The notes under the pieces are model-generated. The model searched no databases. It was not told where the DNA came from and saw only the letters and a program-made list of their open reading frames with translations. DNA of 50,551 nt, filler included, from Catajapyx aquilonaris (Eukaryota): the NCBI GenBank assembly GCA_000934665.2. It is 2 parts of 2 records of this genome, joined end to end, with 100 filler letters (N's around TTAATTAATTAA, not from the genome) between each part and the next. Parts side by side here need not be neighbours in the genome. Positions count along the whole stretch, not along the records: positions 1 to 25,249 come from JYFJ02005412.1; positions 25,350 to 50,551 come from JYFJ02005413.1. One strand, given 5' to 3'. Position 1 is the first letter of the stretch. Each line of letters starts with the position of its first letter. A program made the position numbers and the translations under genes. Below, one piece after another: positions 23,591-34,093 of this stretch.

Positions 23591-24105
23591 TCATTGTTGT
23601 GTATGTGAAGCATTTACCACACTCTCATAAGAAGGTGGTAAGTCAAACTCCGGAGGACCAGTCTCGGCCATCAGCATCACTTCTCCATTGAAGACATGGA
23701 TAGACGTCACATTCTGGTCCGGACGACCTCTACGTTGTCTATTCGCACTTTGTTTTGTCAGTCGGGCACGTCTCTTCATTTCGTAAAAAAATATGGACAA
23801 GAAGGAGAGACTCACTGAAATAGACGTTAACAAGTGTGTAACTGTAAACCCCGAATTTTTTTGTTTAAAAAAAAGTGCTTGCCTGCTGCCGCTGCTAGAA
23901 AATGCATGCTTTTTTGGTACGAAAGGTTTTCTATGATGTCGTAGAACAGTATGGACACAAGTGCAAGGTAACATACTATGGCAAGGGATACCGACATACC
24001 CAAAGATATACTCTGGAAGTTTAAAAAAACAACATTCTATTTAGCACAGCTTGACACGAAATTAAAGTCATGAGAGTAACTTACCCATGCTAAGTACTTA
24101 TCCAT
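23591..24105 (-). CDS. Two-TM PPxY-tail protein, paralog 5 (124 aa; GC-AG intron 2)
   Basis: Exons 24105-24085 (21 nt), 24012-23883 (130, donor CAG|GCAAGC), 23814-23591 (224): MDKYLAW SISLGMSVSLAIVCYLALVSILFYDIIENLSYQKSMHFLAAAA VSLSFLSIFFYEMKRRAR...PPEFDLPPSYESVVNASHTQQ. Confidence 0.8.
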
Positions 24106-24936
24106 GTGTGTGATATTTGAAAGCTGTTCGTTCAAGACCGTACTGTTCACATGTGAAGTCTCAACATCACATAATGTCACACTCACTATCTTCAGTAAAG
24201 ATAATCTCTCAGATTTTGTCATGAGTGGAATGAAAAATGGGATGGTTGAGACTTTGCAGGGAGATTGTATAGTGCAGTTAAAAGCATTAATATTTCCTGT
24301 AGAAAAAAATGCACTTTAGTCGAAATTAATTACTAGTAGGCCTACAGATATTTGACACTTGAAATGAGAAGGAACAGCTATAGACATGCCTATTAATCTT
24401 GCAGTGAAACTACAACTTCCAAGAGATGGGTATCTACTGTAGGTGAGGAATATGGCAGCACCATCATCACCGTCATACCTAGCAGAATCTACATCTATGT
24501 GCGATTATGCAGATTATAACTTTTTTCATATAATGCGTGTTGTGCCCATACCTGTGGATCGGAAAAAACAAAACCAAGCTTGCTAATAAAGAACCTTAGT
24601 TATGCCTCAATAAATTCTTCTTTGTTGAGATTTCAGATCAATTATTACGAGTAATTACTGTGTGCAGAATGAGGTTGGCCAGGTCTTCAGGGAGGCAAGT
24701 ACACTATATTATTAAGGAAATTTAGATTCAAAAAGGCTTCAATTTTATAGCATATTACTGCCTATAAACATTAAAGTACGTTACTCAAGTATTCGTTAGA
24801 GTTAAGCATTGACATGTATTACAGTACTGCTAGCAAACATGTCAAAATATTCTTGCAAGTGATTAGCCCATCTTGAAGTGATGGCGCCCTTTCTTTACGA
24901 TAAGTACATGCTGGAGAGAGTGTCAGTATCGAAGTA

Positions 24937-25000
24937 GCGCAGTGGTCTAGTGGTTAAGACTCTCTCTTCGTAACCTGAAGGTTGAGGGATCGAATCCTGA
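24937..25000 (+). mobile_element. tRNA-derived SINE head / tRNA pseudogene
   Basis: A-box TGGTCTAGTGG and B-box GGATCGAATCC at tRNA spacing, but the acceptor and anticodon stems do not pair. Confidence 0.55.
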
Positions 25001-25133
25001 AAGAAAGACGTCGGTTCTTTTTATCACCATGGATGTCTCTGCCTTACTTCATCTCCCATCTTACATTTATTTTTCTTTGAAGTGCATCTGGTAAATAGGC
25101 TAGACCCTTCCAACACTCACAATCTCGTTGCAC

Positions 25134-25249
25134 CAGAGCGTGGTTCTGTGGTAACGCGTCGGACTCTCGATCGAAGGGTCCTGGGATCTAATCCCGGGGC
25201 TTCTTCGGTTGCGTGGTCAGGCAAAGAAAAAAAAATTTGCAGCCGACAT
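25134..25249 (+). mobile_element. tRNA-derived SINE 5' part, truncated by assembly gap
   Basis: gagcgtggttctgtggtaacgcgtcggactctcgatcgaagggtcctgggatctaatcccggggc has A/B-box-like elements and runs into the N gap. Confidence 0.55.
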
Positions 25250-25349
25250 NNNNNNNNNNNNNNNNNNNNNNNNNNNNNNNNNNNNNNNNNNNNTTAATTA
25301 ATTAANNNNNNNNNNNNNNNNNNNNNNNNNNNNNNNNNNNNNNNNNNNN
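25250..25349. other. Assembly gap with artificial TTAATTAATTAA linker
   Basis: 44 N + ttaattaattaa (25294-25305; stops in all six frames) + 44 N; a symmetric scaffolding spacer. Confidence 0.95.
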
Positions 25350-25501
25350 CACCCAGTCCGTACACATTGGCTATTCGAGCAAGTTGTCTGGTCATCTTGT
25401 AATTGATAGTTTGCGAAATTAGCTTGGGATTTTTTTTTTTTTAACCCGACTGTTTTCAACTACCTTGAGCCGGGGCAAAACTCGTTTGGAGGGCCTTGAA
25501 C

Positions 25502-26932
25502 ATGTTTGCCTCGGTCTGTGTCCTCTTGTGTGTGCTTGGTGTCAACTCGGCCATTAATTACGAAGTGGTGTACCTGTGGAAGGAGTTAGACTACGAGTAC
25601 CCATCCGAATCTCAGCGCCAAGATGACCTCGACAGTGGGAAATTCATCCCAGGCAACAATGCCATTGCTGGAATAAAAATATACGCGGACAAGGTCTTTT
25701 TGACCGTACCGCGCTGGAAGGACGGAGTGCCATCCACCCTGAATGTGATTCCTAAGTCATCGGTAGCAGGTCAGAGGTCACCGAAACTGATCCCGTTTCC
25801 GAGCTGGGACATGCAAGAGGTGGGAAACTGCAATAAACTACAGTACGTTCAGAGCATGGAGATTGACTCGAAGGGTAGGATGTGGATTATTGACGTGGGT
25901 CGGGTCAACACTTTCACCAAACCGGTGGCTAAGTGTATGGCCAAGCTGATGGTGTACGATTTGGAACGTGATCAGGTCATACGAGTCCACGAGTTTCCGG
26001 AAGAAGTGGCACCTAAGGGGACAAATTTTTTGAACGACATTGTTGTGGATTGTGCGACTGATGACTTGGATCAGTGCTATGCTTACATCACCGACGCCAA
26101 GGAGGCGGCACTGGTGGTGTACCACTATGGAGGGAACATGTCATGGAGGTTCCAGCACTCGTCTATGGAAGCTGACCCGAGTGCCCTGCAGTTCCAAATA
26201 TTGGGTCAGAGCCGGAAGGTCAATACGAGCATCGATGGCATCGCCCTGTCACCCATTTCGGCGAATCGTACCGTTTTCTACTGCCCTCTGAGCAGTTTCA
26301 ATATGTACGCCGTTGACACCGTCGTCCTGAAAGATCCGAAAAGCAGCCTGGAGGGGCACGTGCGCGATTTGGGGAACAAATCCTCGCAGTCGGACGGCCT
26401 GACCATTTCCAACACGGGTGCCATGTACTACGCCTTGCTGGGCGATAACGCAATCGCAGCCTGGAATATCTCACTTCCTTTCACCAACGACAATCAGCAA
26501 GTGTTGGTTCAAAGCGACGAGGAGCTACAGTGGGTCGACACGTTCGGATTTGACGAGCAAGGCTACCTCTGGTTCATCGCGAACAAACTCAACACGTTCT
26601 TCTCCCGGTTCGATAAGGACAGCGTCAACTTCCGCGTCGGACGCATCCTAGTGGAGGCGTCCTCCTACTTGCAGCCGGTACCGAACATCAGCGTTGTAGG
26701 TCAGGACGGTAGTCTTCAAACTGCGCACGGTTTGGTATACAACAGCACGGTGTATGCTCATGCCTTTCCGCACGGGTCGGACACCAACACAACAGTCGGA
26801 GGGAATTCTTCGGCTGCTACGGAGTCACCATTGCCGCACGTGTCGCAACACCCAAAGAAGGGCACAGCCGCTGGGATTAGTACCTGTCCCATCGGAATAA
26901 TTTCCGGGATACTTATGATGCATCTCTTGTGA
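25502..26932 (+). CDS. yellow-like: Yellow / major royal jelly protein (MRJP) family protein, single coding exon, 476 aa
   Basis: Signal peptide MFASVCVLLCVLGVNSA. Yellow motifs WKELDY, FIPGNN, KVFLTVPRWKDGVPSTL, PKLIPFPSW, LQYVQSMEIDSKGRMWIIDVG, FLNDIVVD, AYITDA, IDGIALSP, FYCPLSS, KSSQSDG, LQWVDTF. Confidence 0.93.
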   Translation: MFASVCVLLCVLGVNSAINYEVVYLWKELDYEYPSESQRQDDLDSGKFIPGNNAIAGIKIYADKVFLTVPRWKDGVPSTLNVIPKSSVAGQRSPKLIPFPSWDMQEVGNCNKLQYVQSMEIDSKGRMWIIDVGRVNTFTKPVAKCMAKLMVYDLERDQVIRVHEFPEEVAPKGTNFLNDIVVDCATDDLDQCYAYITDAKEAALVVYHYGGNMSWRFQHSSMEADPSALQFQILGQSRKVNTSIDGIALSPISANRTVFYCPLSSFNMYAVDTVVLKDPKSSLEGHVRDLGNKSSQSDGLTISNTGAMYYALLGDNAIAAWNISLPFTNDNQQVLVQSDEELQWVDTFGFDEQGYLWFIANKLNTFFSRFDKDSVNFRVGRILVEASSYLQPVPNISVVGQDGSLQTAHGLVYNSTVYAHAFPHGSDTNTTVGGNSSAATESPLPHVSQHPKKGTAAGISTCPIGIISGILMMHLL

Positions 26933-27024
26933 AAACATGCAAGTTAGTTTCGGGGCTAATTGTGGCATTGTAGGCTACATCAATATTCATGGTGTCCATA
27001 GAGACCATATTCATATAGACCTTC

Positions 27025-27025
<1 letters not shown>

Positions 27026-27080
<55 letters not shown>
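27026..27080. repeat. (AAT)n microsatellite
   Basis: Visible run. Confidence 0.95.
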
Positions 27081-27081
<1 letters not shown>

Positions 27082-27639
27082 TTATAACAGTGGTTTCAAA
27101 CTGATGAATAACTGAATCACAACTTGACCGGATAAAAAGTTATCTCTCCCCTCCTGCCCTTATTTCCAAACTCTTTCGAACTGGCCTTAATTTAATGTGT
27201 AAGTGGTCAGGGTGTACCATAACAAACTTTATTTGTAATACTACACCGCAGCATTGTCATGCAACATTGTTAAGGATGCGCCAGTCAAATTTTAAAAAAA
27301 TGACAATAATCGATATTGAGTTTTGATGGGGTTTATTGATGGTTTGAACTATACAGCGAGCTCCAAGACTGTCAATTTTTAAGAAATTACTTTGGACCAG
27401 TTACTTTTAGCAGTTTGAACAATTATTTCCTGCTGATATTAGGCGGAATTTTATCATTTATCCAAGCTCTGAATTGCAATTTTCGATTAGGAATGGTCCA
27501 GCATCAGAACAATTGGATTCAAATGTCAGTGAAGAACCATTTTTGCAGGGTAGAAACGCTCTCCCCTCTCTGACAGGCTTTAACTGACACAAACTACTAT
27601 TGAAACTAAAACTATAATCTTAAAATATTATAAAACTTA

Positions 27640-27701
<62 letters not shown>
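27640..27701. repeat. (ATT)n microsatellite
   Basis: Visible run. Confidence 0.95.
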
Positions 27702-27705
<4 letters not shown>

Positions 27706-29387
27706 AAACCTTATAAAACTATACCCAGTTTCGAGCGAAAAAAATGCTCAACGTGGGCAACTGACTTGAAACATGCTGTATATGGAAGTTATTGCATGCA
27801 AAGAACAACTGATACGATACCTTTTATTGTCAAAAGGAAAGAGTTAATAAGTTTAAACTATCTTTTCCCCATGACTGCTCCATGGTATATTTTGTAGTGG
27901 CCCACTAGTGGCTATATCACTATTTTATTACCACCAACAATATTCACAATTGATTCAGTTGTTGGAGTTATTTGGCTATTGAGATATCGTTTAACGCCAT
28001 TCTGGCTCACCATTGGGGTTGGGGTGGGGAGGGGGATCTACTTCATGACTTGGGTGCACTGCAGAATGGAGTGCACACTATCATGACTGTTCATGGATTG
28101 TGACTTAGCATTTCTATGTGGCTTCCTTGAAGTTTGATGAATTTAGAACCGCCAAGATTTTACATCAGACCACTAAACAGTGGACTGATGTAAAATCTTG
28201 GCAAGGCCTTACATCGCCTAGATGCACTTTGCCAGCAATACCTGGTTTTTATTGGAACAAAATAGGTTATAAAATCTGTTAGGCCAGGTTGCACCATTGC
28301 ACCATTGCTTGAAACCCCCAGGTTACCATTGTTGTTAATGTGAAACCCCCTGATGATGCAACCGGACCTAAGCCAGTGACCACACTTTTTAAAGAACACT
28401 TAGAATATTTTTATTGAAAAACGGGACCACTTATTTTGCTCTAATTATATATCAGGTGTAACAACCCACATGTATTCAAAGGAGTGTGCATGTGCAAATG
28501 TAATGATATATTCTAAAGTAGTGTATGTTTTCCAGAAAATTGCCCAAGAAGCCACCTGTCCGCTACATGATGCTTAATGTCCAAGATCTGTCGGATTCTT
28601 CATTGCCTGCCACCATGTGGGATAACTCGGAAAGCTGCTCAGATGTTGATGAAGTGGACCAAACAGATTGGCTGGCCCAAGCCATGCAGAGGGAAGACTT
28701 GCTTCACAATAGAAAAGCATCATAAAGTTGCTACCTTGCTTGTGATGGGGGCAGGGCATGAGGCTAATTTGAAAACTTTTTATATATGCATTTCTTTCCA
28801 GTGATAGTGATACTTTTGCTCTGGTGTTGTTCTTAACATTCCCATTATTGATAAGGCTTTATAAAACCAGTTCTGCTATCACATTAGGAGCATGCTCTTC
28901 TGTAATGACATGAGATTCCTAAGTGATTATAGATAGGCCTGGTGTTATAAGCACGATGATGTGACTCGTCCATATTGAAAAGTGCACATCATTCCATTCC
29001 ATGTTTGTTATTGTTGTGTAGAGATAATACAGATTAATAGTGACATGGAGAGAGAGTACTTGCAGAAAACTGCAATTAGATTAGCTGTTGTTTGCTTTTG
29101 CATATACTGCATGAAGCAAATTATTCTGTTAGTAAGTTTTGTAGCAGTTACTTTCTGTTATATACCTCCTAGAGGAAGGCTTTTTTACAGCTAAAGTAAA
29201 GTTCATTATAAGTAAACACTATGCTTCTTTGAGCTGATTTTTGTTGTAAAATGCATCTTGACTAGGAGTATTTTTGTCTTTATACTGCATTCCATGGAAG
29301 ATGATTTTTTTTTTAAATGGGTGAGGAATGTACCATCACTAAATATCTTGTTTTTGAGGACGTGACCTAGGAGAATGTGTGTCAGAT

Positions 29388-29743
29388 ATAATTTTCATAA
29401 TTGGGGTTAGTGCACCGCTCATTGATGGGCATCTGACATGGTACCTTTATTTGCTTTAGGTGTACAGCTGATACATTTTTGGTCCTTTTCCGTAATGCCC
29501 CGGTACCGTGAGTGATAGGGGATGACAGGAGGGGATATGCAAAGTACAATTGCAATGTTGAACGTGGTACATTTTGTGAACTCCCCCTGGTGGATTTGTC
29601 TATCGGAGATTCCACCCGAGACGAAGCCAGAGATGACCACTAAACTCTGCATGATATGAAGGGGGGAACCCCGGGCTGGGATCTAACCCGGGACCATAAC
29701 ATCCGTGGGGGCATACATTACTGCAGCGCCACTCCTCCTCCCT
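29388..29743 (-). mobile_element. tRNA-derived SINE with target-site duplication
   Basis: Minus-strand head ggagtggcgctgcagtaa...cgggttagatcccagccc (A/B-box-like). Flanked by direct repeats taggagaatgtgt(gt)cagat at 29368-29387 and 29744-29761. Confidence 0.75.
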
Positions 29744-29937
29744 TAGGAGAATGTGTCAGATGTGACAAGGCAGATTAGGCTGAGACTACCGATTACCATA
29801 ATTAAATTTTTCGAGCAACAAATGGAGCTCATATCGAAACAAATTATGGTAAGGCCAAAACCTTAAGACATTTCATAACTTAAATCATTAAGATATGTCT
29901 ACAAGTGTTCGAGGTATAGAGTTTTCAAATTATCACT

Positions 29938-30112
29938 GCATTCGTTTATCCCAGAGCAAGGGTCGGGTGTAGCCCGAGTGTAGCTCCGGCCTGCACGCTC
30001 GTTCGGGAGGATGCAAGCGGTGTAGCTCCTCTTCCACTGTGACGTTCACACACGTGACCAGGCTGCGCTAGAGCTACACTCCAGTGCTACACTCAGCCAT
30101 AAACGAATTCAC
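29938..30112. mobile_element. MITE-like inverted-repeat element
   Basis: Ends attcgtttat / ataaacgaat, with internal gagtgtagctc / gagctacactc inverted repeats. Confidence 0.5.
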
Positions 30113-31253
30113 CTTATGACATTCTTTTTCGATGACCCTGTATATTGGCATTGAAGGTTAAGAGTTAACCCTGATTTAAAGGATGGATCAATTCATTCCA
30201 ATAGAAGCAGCTTTTTTTGGTAGCCCCTCACAATATAACTGTGTAATAATGGGCAGAGCTTAATGCCAAAATGTTGCTAACTGAAATGGACACTTGCATG
30301 GGAACCTACTCTATACTACTACAAAATAATGACAGTCAGCATTAGTACAGCCTAATGTTGAAATAATGAGGAGGTACAGAATTCACACAATAATACGATG
30401 ATGGTGCTTTCCACGGGTTGTTGTACAGTTAAGCAGAGTGTTTATGAAGTTAATATCAATGCATGGAATGATAAATAACTCCAGTCTACTGAATACTGCA
30501 ACACAATGGAAGTATGTTGCAGGTTTCTTGTCCTAGGTTAAAGATGTTGATCGTTATGATGGAATTTTATACATGATTTCCTCACTCATTGCTTGTTGAG
30601 CATCATGTGTGGTATCCCTAACAAAATTGGTTTCACTTTTGCAGCAAATAAAATGTGAAGTTGTTACAGTATAAAAATGAGTCAAATCCCAAAATGTAAT
30701 CTGTGCCAATTGATAGCTGTGTTTGTGAAGGATAAGGATGTCATTTTGTAATGTAAGGTATTGGAAATTTGTGATCTTTTCTGTGACAAAATAAATTTTT
30801 GCAATGCAAACGTTTGGCTTTGAGTTTGTCCTTGCCACGTAACATCCATACAATCTAGATGTACAAGATGTCATTATAATTTTTTAAAGCATTAATCCTG
30901 CATTATAGTAATTAGTGACAACTCAGGACATGACCTTTCCAATCATTCTGTTGCTGCATGCCAGACTTAAGTTGGTGATTTGCATCATTAGGTCAGGGTT
31001 TTTCCTATGCAGGTTCAGAAAGTGGTGTTCATTGGATTTGCTTGTAGCAGTAACTGCACTTGCCACACAAAAACACCTTTCACAGTCTGAGCCATTGCAC
31101 AACTGTTGTTTCCATCATGTCGTAAGCATAATCCCCACTGTAACCATTGACGTGAGGGGTATAACTACAGGATTGACTCAGGATTTGCATCCATTCTGGA
31201 CTGGAATCCCCTACCACACACAGTTTCTCCTCTAAGTGTGCAAGTGCAGTTCA

Positions 31254-34020
31254 ATGAATTTTTGCTGTGCCAAATCATCTTGTTGTGAGTACTGTGAGAA
31301 GAGGGATCAAGAAGTTGAAGGCACCATGAGGTCAGAGGTGATTCCCCTCATAGCCAAGTCACGTCGTTTGACCAAGCGAAATCAGGTAAGCAGCAAGAGG
31401 AATCCTGCAGGGAACTATGATTAGTGAACAGTGTCACTTAATTTACAGATCATATCTGTGGCAGGAGCCACTACTGCTCTCTGTGCTGTAGGAACAGTCA
31501 TGGGTTTTTCTTCTATTGCGGTGTCCAATTTGGAAGGTCCTAACAGTGACATTCCTATTGATCGTGATCAGCTCTCATGGGTTGGTAAGTTATAGATTCT
31601 GCTTCGTATTTTATGAAAGAACTTCCATGATATTAGCCATAACAAAATTTCATGATCAATAAAATAATATCATCTGCACTACAAGTTCCTTACCAAGGGA
31701 GGAAGAAGATCTATGTTGCAATTTATTTTTAAACTCCTGTGATCATCAAGAGTCGGATATTTAAAAATAATATAAAAGTGAGAGAATTCGTATCAATGCA
31801 ATGGGTAATCAGTATTCCCCCCATACGAGGTTTCACATATTCGTGGTTTGAAAATATAAAATAATTGTTTTAAACAATTGACATTTTCAAAATCCAACAC
31901 ATTTTAAAATTAAAATTTTGTACTGTATTGGTATAACTACAGTATACTGCTTTATTGTTTTTGTTGATGGTGTGTATAATTTAAAAATTAAACTGCACCA
32001 TTGCATTGGTATGCATATAGTGATACGTTAGAGAAAACATTATACTGCATAGGATTCGGTATTACCCAGGGGGGAGGGATGGCTTGGAACCAATCGCCTG
32101 TGTAATGCTATTTATTGTGCACAAAGAATTTTATTCGATATACACCTGATCTATAGTATTAGGCTACACTCTCGTGGTTGTAAGATTGAAATAATTCATA
32201 TTTTTAATTGATTTGCAAGTATAAATATGAAAGAATTCAATATGATTGCTACCGTGCATGATCATTTGGTCACCTCTCATCACGTATACTGTACAGTGTG
32301 TTCCAAGTATCTGGGTCCTTTTAGTTATCGCTTTCTTCCGAAATGGCGTTAACCCATCCATTAGCCTGCAAAGGATGTCGAGAAATTCAGAACTTGTACA
32401 GATGATTCAACTCCGCCAATATTAGTAGCCTTGAAGATTCCCTGTGTTCGTCCACTGTTGCAGAGAAACTCACTATCTACAATGAAACCTGCCTATGTAT
32501 AGCGAACCCTGCACAGAGATGAAACTTATGTGTAAATAAGTTTCATCTCTGTGCAGGGTTCGCTATACATAGAAATCTTGCTGTGCCTCACCTAAACAAT
32601 TCAATGACAATCAGCCTTAATATTAAATTCATCACCTTATATTTTTGTATCCTCATGAAAAGATTTCCGCACTAATAGATACGTAACTTAAGATGTAAAC
32701 TCATACTAATAACCTACTATTACCCGAGTATTACTCTATAATACACAGCAGGTCAAAATGTTAGTCAAAAGTGTACATTTTAAAAACATTACATGCAATG
32801 GACGACTAATAACTTAAATATCGTCATTTTATTTTGTAGGAGCGGGTTCCAATTTTTTGCCTTAAATGCGTGTACCGTATGCATCAATCTAATGCACTAA
32901 AACATGGGAAGATAATTATATTTATTATGAGGCTAGATCACGTAATCTTTAACCCACAAAAGGGGACGAGGTTTAAAATAGCGTAAAAAGATCACCAAGA
33001 AGACTTATATTCCACATAATTGATATTATCAGGGAAGAAAAAAATTATAATGTCGAGAGGGGGCGGGGGCGCAAAAATACTTTCAAGCGGGATGTACAGT
33101 AAGGGGTCCTCAATGAAACTGAGCTGTACATCCGGTTTCGAGCAATCTCACTTTATGTATACGGTACAGTGTATTGACCTACCGTCGGCGCCGCGCCGTC
33201 GGTGGACTGTTGGTTAGCGCACTCACCTCTGGTCCCAAAGTTGTGGGTTCAAACCCGGCCGAGGTCGATGACTTTTCTCCGGGTGGTAGAAAAGTGAGAG
33301 TGCGCCTTCCTTCGGAGAGGAAGTAAAGCCATCGGTCCTGTATGCTTTTGACATTGCGCGAGTGCACGTTAAAGATCCCCAGAGTGGCCAAATTTCCAGG
33401 AGGAGGACCACCACCCCCTGGCGTCGATGTTTAGTCTCGCAGCAGAAATAGGCCGACGCTAAGCCCCCAAATTAAAGTGTATTGACACATATTAGCATCA
33501 ACTCGAGGACATGTGGTGGGTTCCTCTTCCGTGCCAGGTAGAATACAAGTTCCAAACGAAAACCGGACATTACAGTTCGGATGTCCAAGAAATACAAAAA
33601 AAATTACATAGTGACTGAAATATCGAAAATAGAAAGTGCATGGCCCAGTAAAATTAATTATTAATACCGTACATATTAATTTAACGATCGTAATATTCTG
33701 GCCAAGGAGTGAACCACTGGAATACCAAAATTCATGGAGTACCAAGAAGTACCAAAGAGTAAGATACCTAAGGAGTACACCGGAGTACCAAAGTGGTTAA
33801 CCCCTTGATTCTGGCTCTTGTTTCAATAAGTTTCATGTCATAGGGCCTCGATTTTGTCCTGCTCGGTACAGGCAGGCCAGCAATTATTCTATCAATGAAA
33901 GAGGTGGACTTTTAAAACTCTTCGTTTATGCTAAACGAAGAGTTTTAAAAGTCCACTTCGAAAACCTGGGAGATCGTACTTCATCTGAGATAGGAGTTGA
34001 AACTTATTCATATAACTTAC

Positions 34021-34093
<73 letters not shown>

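Noticed and set aside
24937..25200. Additional functional tRNA genes (also 49562-49640, 33190-33260)
   Set aside because: Stems do not close into cloverleaves; the 33.2-kb and 49.6-kb copies continue into SINE bodies with TSDs.
25294..25305. TTAATTAATTAA island in the N-run as a piggyBac site
   Set aside because: Symmetric artificial scaffold linker.
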